Assembly: GCA_947478395.1 (NCBI GenBank)
Contig: CANJVR010000004.1
Coordinates: 96,001 to 160,000, forward strand
DNA from: Opitutia bacterium
GTDB lineage: Bacteria > Verrucomicrobiota > Verrucomicrobiia > Opitutales > Opitutaceae
Direction of reading: 5' to 3'
Length of the DNA stretch: 64,000 bases
Part shown: positions 43,059-51,325 of the stretch, piece after piece
Layout of the letters: each line of letters opens with the position of its first letter
Position numbering within the stretch: position 1 is the stretch's first letter
Program-made: the position numbers and the translations under genes
Notes under the pieces: generated by a model
The model's input: the letters and a program-made list of their open reading frames with translations, nothing else
Told to the model about the DNA's origin: nothing
Database searches by the model: none

Positions 43059-43082
43059 CAGCCCGATTTTTGGATTCGGTTG

Positions 43083-43550
43083 CTATGCGTTCGTTCGAAC
43101 CGCTGCGGACCCCAATCGATGATTCCTCGGGCGCATTGCTCCACCCCGTCGTTCTCCGATAAGGTAAAGGAGATTGGGGCGAATTTCGTCTTTGAGCGCG
43201 AAACGAGGCACGTCGGGCAGATCGGCAACGTAGAATCGCGCGGCGTCGAACGCTGCGGGGGGCAGGCAAATTCCCACCACCGGAGAGCCTGTTTCACGGA
43301 GGACTGCGATGTGCGGACCGCGCACTGGCGTTCGAATTTCCAAGCCTCGTTCGAATGTCATGCCTCGTCTTTGGAGGAAGCTGAGCAGCACGGCCGAGTT
43401 GAAGCTTATGCCAGCGAGCGGATGGGACGACTCTCTTTCAGATCGCAGAGTGAAGGTTGTCGAGCGGGTATCGCATAGGAGCGTCAGGGCTCCGTCAGGG
43501 GTGCGGGCAATTACGGTAAGTGGCCCCACGGATGAATCGATGGTATGCAT
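43083..43550 (-). CDS. Hypothetical protein
   Basis: ATG start 3 bp after upstream stop; protein-like composition. Confidence 0.55.
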   Translation of the reverse strand: MHTIDSSVGPLTVIARTPDGALTLLCDTRSTTFTLRSERESSHPLAGISFNSAVLLSFLQRRGMTFERGLEIRTPVRGPHIAVLRETGSPVVGICLPPAAFDAARFYVADLPDVPRFALKDEIRPNLLYLIGERRGGAMRPRNHRLGSAAVRTNA

Positions 43551-43553
43551 GGT

Positions 43554-43967
43554 TCAATTGCGTCCGACGGACATGACGCGGTTATAAATTCTTCCGTTGG
43601 CCAACACTGAGTCGTTGGAGATGACCATCGGGAGGAATGGTAAGGCCTCAAAAATAGCATCTGCCTCGATGCTGTCGCGGAGCGTCGGAACGCAGGCGAG
43701 AACGACGCGGTCGCAGATGCTCAAGAAGGCCATGAGCGGTATCTCGTGATTTACTCCAGGGATCTGTGGGAGCGGTTCCACATGGAGTGAAAGGCGTCGT
43801 CGTTTCTCGATCGTCCTCAGCATGGCGGCGAAGAGCGGGCAATTGAGGAAGCACGAAGCCGGAGTTTCGTGGCGAAGAAAGAGGTAGGCGCGATCGTCAG
43901 CGGTGACGCAGAGGTCGATGTGGTTGGCCTCGTCGGAGGCGATAATTGTGTCGGTAGAGTTGAGCAT
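43554..43967 (-). CDS. Hypothetical protein
   Basis: ATG start after AT-rich leader; protein-like composition. Confidence 0.6.
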   Translation of the reverse strand: MLNSTDTIIASDEANHIDLCVTADDRAYLFLRHETPASCFLNCPLFAAMLRTIEKRRRLSLHVEPLPQIPGVNHEIPLMAFLSICDRVVLACVPTLRDSIEADAIFEALPFLPMVISNDSVLANGRIYNRVMSVGRN

Positions 43968-43977
43968 AAAATTTGAA

Positions 43978-44015
43978 ATAAAAAGGCCGGCACCGCGTGT
44001 GCGGTGCCGGCCTTT
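43978..44015 (-). terminator. Intrinsic terminator
   Basis: AAAGGCCGGCACCGC-GTGT-GCGGTGCCGGCCTTT perfect 15-bp stem, U tract on minus strand, just after the 44034 stop. Confidence 0.8.
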
Positions 44016-44033
44016 AGTTGGGGGCGGTTGAGG

Positions 44034-44597
44034 TTAGGATTGGTCCTCGTCAATTCGCGCTTCGACCCAACCCTGAAGGTCATCGAGGATCGGGGGGAGG
44101 TATCGCTCGATCAGCATGCGCTCGATGAGCCGAGACACCGAAATCGTGTGCAGTCGCGGCAACTCAGCGTTGGGCGTGAAGTCGAGGAACTTCCGGAGCG
44201 CTGCGAGCTGTTTCGGGGTCGCCTCCGCGTTGGGGTCTGCGGCGGACATGGCGCGTTTCGGCAACGCGGCGAGGATGAATTCGCCGCGGCGCGTGAGCGT
44301 GCGGCGTGTCCAGATGTCGCCGCTGCCATCGTAGACGGCGTAGTTGAGATCGTCGGGAGCTTTCAGGAACAGACGGCGCTGTTTTCCGAAAGCGGAGGCC
44401 ACGAACGGCGGCAGGTTTTCCGAGATGGGACTGGACCAGTGCGTCGGGAGGCCCGCCACTACGATGATTTGGCGACCCGCGGTGGCTTGGTCCGCGAGAT
44501 CGAGCGAGCTGAGTCTTTGCAGTTCAGCGAGCATTTCGGTTTTGGCAACGCGGTTGGGGTTGAGGACTAACGGTTCAGACGATGTTAGAATCGGCAT
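44034..44597 (-). CDS. Hypothetical protein
   Basis: ATG preceded by A/C-rich leader; 'ATPKQLAALRK' helix motif near C-terminus. Confidence 0.7.
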   Translation of the reverse strand: MPILTSSEPLVLNPNRVAKTEMLAELQRLSSLDLADQATAGRQIIVVAGLPTHWSSPISENLPPFVASAFGKQRRLFLKAPDDLNYAVYDGSGDIWTRRTLTRRGEFILAALPKRAMSAADPNAEATPKQLAALRKFLDFTPNAELPRLHTISVSRLIERMLIERYLPPILDDLQGWVEARIDEDQS

Positions 44598-44944
44598 GGT
44601 GTTTTTGTTTTTGTTTTTTGGTTTGGGAATGCGTGTGCCGCCGTAGTGGCGGAATCACGCGCGATGGGTGCACGGGCTCGTTGGCCCGGTCATTAATGCC
44701 ATCTCCGGTATTCGGATCAGAAACAGCCGGAACGGCTGCTCATCTCTGAGGATCGGTGATTGGAATCATCTCCCGGCTTTTCTGGCGGCGGGGCGTTGAG
44801 GCGAAGCCCAATGTCCCGCCGCATAACAGCGAAAACGCCCAGAAAGCATCCAACTCGAACGTGTCACACCTCTGGAACACGAGCCCGCTCTTACGAGCGG
44901 GCTTTGTATAACGCGCTTGAAGTCTGATCCGCCGTGCGCGTCCG

Positions 44945-45451
44945 CTATTCTCCCGCAACCGGTGCTGGCCGAGATTTTTTCTTCGTGTTCGAATCACGGC
45001 GCGCCGCGTTAATCACGCAGCGAACCGCAGCGATGGACGTATCTCCAGTAGGCGCCAGATCGATCGCACGAGCGATTCGTCTCACCAACAAAAGCTTGGT
45101 GCATCGTTCAAGTTTAGCGCAATGGGCGATGGTGCGGCAGGCATGCATATAAGACCACGGATAACTACGGCTAGGGAGGCGATAGCGACCGGTATCGAGC
45201 CCTTCACTTTCGTTTGGATACCATCGGCCGCCGGAGTCCTGCCATCCGTCGGGATGTTCGAGTCGGTCACGTCGAGAAATGTAACGCACCGCCGCCCGGG
45301 CAGGGGCCGACGTGGCGAACATTACGAGGAGCTTTTCGTAGATTTCACGGCGGCTTTGTGGCGAGGTCGACTCGCACGGGGAATCAGCGTTAATTTGGGT
45401 TGCTGGTGGGTTGGCCGGAATTTGATCTCCGGATACTTGGGTGTCGTTCAT
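44945..45451 (-). CDS. Hypothetical protein of phage/MGE type
   Basis: 'HPDG..D..GRWYP..PSRSYPWS..HACRT..H' motif-like block; start placed downstream of the terminator at 45569. Confidence 0.6.
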   Translation of the reverse strand: MNDTQVSGDQIPANPPATQINADSPCESTSPQSRREIYEKLLVMFATSAPARAAVRYISRRDRLEHPDGWQDSGGRWYPNESEGLDTGRYRLPSRSYPWSYMHACRTIAHCAKLERCTKLLLVRRIARAIDLAPTGDTSIAAVRCVINAARRDSNTKKKSRPAPVAGE

Positions 45452-45568
45452 GATGTTTGTTATTTGCCAGCGTTCCGCGATGGCACGGTCCTCTACTTGC
45501 GATTTTGTGTTAATGCCTGCCGGCATCGGCCTGAGGCCGGTCGATGCGGCAGAAAAGTGACTGGGCAG

Positions 45569-45601
45569 AAAAATGCCCGGCTCTGTGACAGAGCCGGGCG
45601 T
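45569..45601 (-). terminator. Intrinsic terminator after radical SAM gene
   Basis: GCCCGGCTCTG-TGA-CAGAGCCGGGC stem followed by TTTTT on minus strand. Confidence 0.75.
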
Positions 45602-45633
45602 GTTGATTTGTGGTTGCCTTGATCCGTCCGCGA

Positions 45634-46740
45634 TCAAGCCGATGGCGTGGGGTTAGCGGGCCACGCGCTAACAAGGCCCCACCAACGTGCGAGCCATGCG
45701 GCATGCGTGCCACGCTCGGCTTCGGGCATGCGTTTCAACGCCGCTTGTGTCCCGAGAGATTTGTCGGGCCAGAGGTGAAGTCTATTGGCGACGCCGATTT
45801 CGGCGGCGATGCGCTCGATCATCCGAAGCGAATCGAGCGCGTATTTCTGCCATTCTTCTGGGGTTTTGAAGACATCCGTGCGAAGAGCGCACCCCAATTC
45901 GCGAGCACGCGCTTCGATCCGACTTACGTTCTCCGCCCGAATGTTAATCGGTTCGTGGAAGATCGTCATTGGACTCAAGGGAGCAAGCGCACCCATTGTA
46001 GCGCGGAGATCATTCTCGTCGCATTCCGGGTATGTCGGAGCCATCGCCACAAATACAGGGATGCCCAAGGCTGCGGCATCTTTTAACGTCGCCAGTCGAA
46101 GGCTCGGGGCGGGCGCTTTCGGTTCGTAGATTTTCGACAAATCTGCCCGAAGCGTGGGGATGGACATGCCCAACAGGACGCGACTGCCGAACGATTGAAG
46201 GAGATCGAAGTCTTGTCGAACGAGCGGACTGCGCGTGAGGATGCGAACATTCAGCGTCGAGCGATCCCGGATCAGTTCCAGGGAACGCCTAACGACAAAC
46301 CGCAAATGGTTTTGGAGATCTCGCCGTCTTTTAGGATCCGGGTGGCGAATGACTTGGTAAGCATCGGTCGTGCTGCAAAGCAGAATAGCCCGGTTGCCGT
46401 CAGGCTTTAGCTCTTGTGCGGGGGTGGCCTGGGCGCGATTGAGAGACTTGAGGAATGCCTTCTCATCCCAAGTGCGGAGGAACACATAGTCGCCCCAGTT
46501 GAGATCGGGATCAGCGACTCCGAGCGATCGGAGCTTGGGCGCCTGTTTGTTGGCGCTGACACTCGGGACGTAGCAGAAATCACAGCCGTGTCCGCAGCCG
46601 ACAGCGAAGTTGAGAGCCCAATCTGAGAGGCTTTTGTAAACGAAGCCGTTCGACGTGATAACGCTTGGCGCCGGTTTTATGCCGGTTTGCCAGAGACCTG
46701 TGACAGTTGGAGTTGAGGGGTTGGAGGAATTGGTTTCCAT
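45634..46740 (-). CDS. Radical SAM protein, spore-photoproduct-lyase-like family
   Basis: CxxxCxxC 'GCGHGCDFCYV', 'TDAYQ', 'ILTRSPL..DFD', 'YEPKAP....RL'. Confidence 0.88.
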   Translation of the reverse strand: METNSSNPSTPTVTGLWQTGIKPAPSVITSNGFVYKSLSDWALNFAVGCGHGCDFCYVPSVSANKQAPKLRSLGVADPDLNWGDYVFLRTWDEKAFLKSLNRAQATPAQELKPDGNRAILLCSTTDAYQVIRHPDPKRRRDLQNHLRFVVRRSLELIRDRSTLNVRILTRSPLVRQDFDLLQSFGSRVLLGMSIPTLRADLSKIYEPKAPAPSLRLATLKDAAALGIPVFVAMAPTYPECDENDLRATMGALAPLSPMTIFHEPINIRAENVSRIEARARELGCALRTDVFKTPEEWQKYALDSLRMIERIAAEIGVANRLHLWPDKSLGTQAALKRMPEAERGTHAAWLARWWGLVSAWPANPTPSA

Positions 46741-46759
46741 GGTTTATCTTTCTATTTAT

Positions 46760-47310
46760 CGATCCGCCGCGAGGGCGGGTTGGTTTTGAGTTGTTAGAGG
46801 TGGCAGAGAGCGCGGGTGTGTCGTGAGCGAACCATTCACTCGCGTTCACCTGCCGATGCGCGGCCTAAGGGCCGCCCGAGGAGACGCCCTGCGCGATTTC
46901 GCGCGGACGATCTAACCTTGGCAGTTATTGAATTCGGTCGCTGCCTCCCTGCGGAGGCGTCGGACCTTTTACGGCGATGGAGTTAGACTCCACGACCGGC
47001 CTTCGTTCACCACGAGAGGCGCCTTGCGGCATTCAATCAGCTTTACAGCGGACACCTGGCCCTTCTTCGATACTGGCTGCGTCTGGCGCAGTTACCCTCG
47101 AAGGCTACCAAGCTCTTGATCCGTGTGGAGTGAACCACGTCGGGACGACCAAGTCTCGTCTCAGACACCATAACCCGTCCGTAAACCCGCTCGGATCCCG
47201 CGATCCCAGAAGGGACTGCTAGAGACAAAAAATGTCTCTAGTCAGCCGACTTTCGGCCTGAGCTATGAGACATTGTTAACCGCCCCGGAAGGGCAGCCGT
47301 CATTGAAGAC
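46760..47310 (-). ncRNA. Candidate long structured RNA / 5' leader of the radical SAM gene
   Basis: About 550 bp without a credible ORF, at least nine hairpins, G-U pairs and GNRA loop favour the minus strand; TTGACA at 47345-47340. Confidence 0.45.
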
Positions 47311-47506
47311 GTGTGCAGGAAGGCAAATTCTGCGACGTTTGTCAAGTGAGGCACTCTTTGGTGACAATATGTATTTATTAATGGATACAGTTTTTGACCG
47401 CTTGTTAATTCCAGTTTTCGTTCGACCGCGTCCGAGCGCGACAACCAACCCCGTTACCTCTAAAACGAATCAATTGGCCTCGGAGCGACCGCTTGTTTCG
47501 GCACCA

Positions 47507-47863
47507 TCACTCTAATTTCGTCACGACGACCGACGCTTCAAATTGGCCTGTCGGCTGCCGCCGGTATTTTTTACCCAAGCGGATGCGATGAGCCGCAATT
47601 TGATCCAGTTCGTCCGCCAAGTAAGCCTCGATCAACCGGCAGGCTTCAGCGGCAGGCAGGAATACGGTTGCTCTCCCGATGACGGCCGGACCGACCGGGG
47701 TCTTGCCTGAGAGGACTCGGGATAAATACGCCGGATCGAGCTTCAGCGCGGTCGCCAAGGTCAACTGATCCGAAACGTCGTCTCCCAGCCTACCGGGTTG
47801 GTCACGCAAATGTTGCAGGAAATTCATCACGCGAGTCGGGGGCGCTTTCTCGGTTTTCGGCAT
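47507..47863 (-). CDS. XRE-family helix-turn-helix regulator
   Basis: 'QLTLATALKLDPAYLSRVLSGK' HTH; divergent from nuclease gene. Confidence 0.75.
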   Translation of the reverse strand: MPKTEKAPPTRVMNFLQHLRDQPGRLGDDVSDQLTLATALKLDPAYLSRVLSGKTPVGPAVIGRATVFLPAAEACRLIEAYLADELDQIAAHRIRLGKKYRRQPTGQFEASVVVTKLE

Positions 47864-47882
47864 CAGCCCAACGGACCATAAA

Positions 47883-47946
47883 TTGACATTAGTGACAAGT
47901 CTTCTTGACGCCGATGAATTTTGCCGTTTTCTAGTAATTGTTACTA
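47883..47946. promoter_or_regulatory. Divergent promoter region with palindrome
   Basis: AT-rich spacer, TTGACA at 47883, TAGTAA-TTG-TTACTA at 47932-47946. Confidence 0.45.
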
Positions 47947-47968
47947 CTGTCATTTACATCGACCGACC

Positions 47969-48577
47969 ATGAATCAGAACGCCAGCCCTCGCTGCGACAC
48001 GAATTCCGTTGTTGCCGCCATTCAGTCTCTGCCATTCGACATCCTTCAGACCGCCTTCCAGGGTGTCGCTTCTACCGAACATATCATTCTCCCAGTGCCC
48101 GGTGCGAAGCCGTTAGAGCACGTTTGGGATATTTTTCGATTCGGAGACCGCCTCCATAAAGCCTTCACGCGGTATTACCACACTGGGGAATGCCAGCCGA
48201 TTTTTAAGCCCTATGCCAAGGCGCTCACCGACTGGCTGGACAATGCGGCCGTCGGTCGACTCAAAACCGACTGGAAATACTGGGCCCGTCGCGGCGTGCC
48301 TGCCGGCATACTGGATGCGCTAATGATCGGCAACGGCGCTCGCCGCGGAGTGCTTGAACTAAAAACAACCGAAGGCAGTGGCGCCACACCTCGCCCCGCC
48401 CATCTCTGCCAGGTCGGCGGATATCTCCACCTCCAGTCGGCTTGGGATCGCACCGAGATGCATGATCAGTGGGCAATTTTGGCATACGCGTGTCCCCTCG
48501 AACAACGGTGGCACCTGCACGAGTTTCAGGACATCAGTCGCGTGATCGAACCGGCCGTAACCTTGCTCGCAGGCTGA
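47969..48577 (+). CDS. PD-(D/E)XK nuclease (RecB/Cas4-like)
   Basis: 'FGDRLH', 'GILDAL', 'VLELKT', 'QVGGY' (QxxxY). Confidence 0.75.
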   Translation: MNQNASPRCDTNSVVAAIQSLPFDILQTAFQGVASTEHIILPVPGAKPLEHVWDIFRFGDRLHKAFTRYYHTGECQPIFKPYAKALTDWLDNAAVGRLKTDWKYWARRGVPAGILDALMIGNGARRGVLELKTTEGSGATPRPAHLCQVGGYLHLQSAWDRTEMHDQWAILAYACPLEQRWHLHEFQDISRVIEPAVTLLAG

Positions 48578-48583
48578 ACACCC

Positions 48584-49858
48584 ATGGCCTGGCAAACTCA
48601 CAACGTATGGGTGCGATGGTTGGTCGTCTGCGCCTGTGCGCGGAAGCCGGTCAATGGACGAATTTCGTTGAGCGAGGTCGGAAGCGACTTGGATTTTCTA
48701 GCGCTCTCCCGAGCGATCGTCCCCGCAATCGTCCCGAAGGACGCCGACGCTGATTGGATCGATGCACTGTGGCAACAGGCCCCCGACGACGCCACGCGAG
48801 CGGAGCTGGTAAGATTTCTGGAGTGGCTGGTGCATTCCGATGCTGAAAGCGCCCGTCGATTTGTTGAGCTGACTCCAGCGGTGCTCACGAACGCCGAAGC
48901 GTGGCGCGCCACCGGCGTCTTCGCGGCATGCAGCGATGCCCCAGCCCAAGCTGAACTGATCCGAGTCGCGCAACAGCATATTCATGACCACCTGCGTCCG
49001 GTGCCCTTGGCCCACGACGACACTCTCACCGTCAGCCAGACCACGGCTCATCGGCGCATTTCGGCCATGGCCCGTGCATATTTTCACCGCGCCACGGCTT
49101 CCTGTTCCGTCACGCCAAGGCTCGCGCCGTTGCTGATGGGGCCGACTGGGTCCGGCAAGAGCAGTCTGCTACGGCGCACAGCGAAGGACCATCAGGCGGC
49201 GTTCCTGAGGATGAGTGTTGGTGAGTGGATTCCGCTGGGAGCCAAAGATGTGCGGCCCACCGTTAAGACTATCGTCGATATGCTCGCCAAGTCGCCCAAC
49301 GGCCGTCTGGTGCTTTTCATCGACGAGTTGGACAAAGCTGGCGTCGATGCATCGGGTTGGACGAGATCCGCGCTGAATGAGATTTTCGCCGTGTTGGACC
49401 GCTCATTTCCAGCGGCGGCACTGGAGGCGGCGAATTCGAGTCTCGGGATTTCAGGGGAGGAACTCGAAGAGCGCATCCAACAAAAACTATTTTTCGCCGG
49501 AGCGGGCACGTGGCAGCGACTCTGGTCGAACGGCGGGTCGCTGGGCTTCGGCGCCGGCAACAACAGGAACGCGCAGGTGATCGACTACGTCGCAACGGAG
49601 AAAGTTGTGCCGGTGGAATTGCTCCTGCGCTTCTCGTGGCCGCCCGTTCTGCTCGAGTATCCGAGCCCCGAGGAAACGATCACGTTGTTCGATAAGACCG
49701 GACTCACCCGACTGGCCGAATACGTCGGGGTGACACTCGATCCCGTCAAACATGACTGGTCACGAGGAGGAATGAGGAGCTTGGAGTCGCTCGCTGGCGA
49801 ACTGCTGATTCGGCAGCACGAGCAGCCGACCGCATCTTGGAATGCCGACGCACCCTGA
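48584..49858 (+). CDS. AAA+ ATPase
   Basis: Walker A 'GPTGSGKS', Walker B 'LFIDELDK', 'ELLLRF' Arg-finger region. Confidence 0.8.
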   Translation: MAWQTHNVWVRWLVVCACARKPVNGRISLSEVGSDLDFLALSRAIVPAIVPKDADADWIDALWQQAPDDATRAELVRFLEWLVHSDAESARRFVELTPAVLTNAEAWRATGVFAACSDAPAQAELIRVAQQHIHDHLRPVPLAHDDTLTVSQTTAHRRISAMARAYFHRATASCSVTPRLAPLLMGPTGSGKSSLLRRTAKDHQAAFLRMSVGEWIPLGAKDVRPTVKTIVDMLAKSPNGRLVLFIDELDKAGVDASGWTRSALNEIFAVLDRSFPAAALEAANSSLGISGEELEERIQQKLFFAGAGTWQRLWSNGGSLGFGAGNNRNAQVIDYVATEKVVPVELLLRFSWPPVLLEYPSPEETITLFDKTGLTRLAEYVGVTLDPVKHDWSRGGMRSLESLAGELLIRQHEQPTASWNADAP

Positions 49859-50026
49859 ACTTTCCACCCGCGACGCCTCGGCGGGATAACGAGTCCGACG
49901 TGATCAGCTTTTCATTGTATTCGACGCTAGGAGCGGACGTTGCATATCCTGCCACCTTTCAGCGATTTCTCGCCTCCTGCATCACTTCGCAGCAGCCTTG
50001 AGATGCGCGGGCCAGCGTCTATTGCC

Positions 50027-51259
50027 ATGAAAAAATCAGTATTCAGGGATCTCCTAAAGGAGCACATCGCTCCGATGTTTTCAGGCTGCAAAGTGCTGAA
50101 GGCCACCGACGCCATCAACCGGTCTGCCAAGCGGGCTTCTTTGACCAATGCGCAGCACATCAAGGTGCGTTGGGACAAAGAAACAAAATTCCAATTCAAT
50201 CTGCGGCGCTCACAAGAGTTCTCCCAACAGGATGCCTCGTTTGTTAACAACGTAATCGGAAATCTTAATTCCGTCGCGGCCGTTGAGGGCACGCCGTATT
50301 TCGACGAACTAATTGGCGCCGCAATCCGTCGAGCGGTGGCATCACTTGCGGCTCCTAAATCAACCAACTTAGCAAACAACGTGCTGAGGGATCTAGAACA
50401 GTGGTCTGAGGAAACCTACGAAGGAAGGCCGATCAGCGCGCTCGCAGGAATAACAACGGAAGTGGTCGGGAAAAAGGGTGTTTCGCTCAGGTCAATACTT
50501 CGGCAATCATTCGGTAAAGTTGCAGCTTGCAGCATGGAGGTTGCTGCGACCATGAGTGCGGACGGCCGCTTCACCGGCTACGAACACTTGGAGCAACCCA
50601 AGGAGGTTGCCGACGTTATGGCTCCCCACCGATTTGCAGCGATCGCCCGATGGGCGAACAAAGGCAAGGTAGCCTTGGCTTTATCGCGTAACGGTGAGAT
50701 TCTGGTATTTTTCCAAGAGGGGCTGGGGTTTGCGCGGCGTCGCGGGAGGTGGCGGCATTTTAATCATGACGCACTTATAAAAAGGCTGCGGCAAAACAAG
50801 GCGTTCCCAACGCCACTGTGTGCCGCGGTCTACCAGAGTTGCCTCGATGTTTCTTTTGCAAAGGTCGGCGGTGGCATCGCACTTATCCACGCCGACAAAA
50901 CGCAGGAGTTTGATGGGGCTGATCGTGTTAGCGGAAATGACCGAGTGTCGGGCAATTCAAAGAAGGCTCAGTTCCTGAGAGATGCGATCAGTGATCGCAA
51001 ATTTCAGGATTTACCGAGACCCCTCCGGCAAACCTTGCTCGCCATGGATGGCACCACCGTGTTGCAGCGCGATGGTTCTGTCGTAGCCGTCGGAGCGATC
51101 GTTCGAGTCGAGGCGGGTAGCAAAACGGGTGGTGGCCGAAAGGCTGCTGCGATGGTGATGGGCCAGTATGGACTGGGAATCAAGGTGTCTAGCGACGGGG
51201 AAATCGCGGGTTTTAATCAGTCAGGAGACGACCAGGAGGCACTTTTCACCTTCGGCTAA
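50027..51259 (+). CDS. Diadenylate cyclase (DAC/DisA_N) domain protein with N-terminal extension
   Basis: C-terminal 'LAMDGTTVL..G.VVAVGAIV..GGGRKAAA..GIKVSSDG' matches DAC DGA / GxRH / VSxDG motifs in variant form; no TM or DisA HhH. Confidence 0.78.
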   Translation: MKKSVFRDLLKEHIAPMFSGCKVLKATDAINRSAKRASLTNAQHIKVRWDKETKFQFNLRRSQEFSQQDASFVNNVIGNLNSVAAVEGTPYFDELIGAAIRRAVASLAAPKSTNLANNVLRDLEQWSEETYEGRPISALAGITTEVVGKKGVSLRSILRQSFGKVAACSMEVAATMSADGRFTGYEHLEQPKEVADVMAPHRFAAIARWANKGKVALALSRNGEILVFFQEGLGFARRRGRWRHFNHDALIKRLRQNKAFPTPLCAAVYQSCLDVSFAKVGGGIALIHADKTQEFDGADRVSGNDRVSGNSKKAQFLRDAISDRKFQDLPRPLRQTLLAMDGTTVLQRDGSVVAVGAIVRVEAGSKTGGGRKAAAMVMGQYGLGIKVSSDGEIAGFNQSGDDQEALFTFG

Positions 51260-51325
51260 ATGCCATGTTATTCTACCAACCCTGAATAACTACTAACAGT
51301 AAAACGGTAAGAATTTCGACCAGCC

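Noticed and set aside
45452..45637. N-terminal extension of the 230-aa ORF overlapping the radical SAM stop
   Set aside because: It spans an intrinsic terminator; the ATG at 45451 is more plausible
47969..48577. Cas4 and a CRISPR-Cas locus
   Set aside because: No four-Cys Fe-S pattern, no other cas genes, and no repeat-spacer array seen in the window
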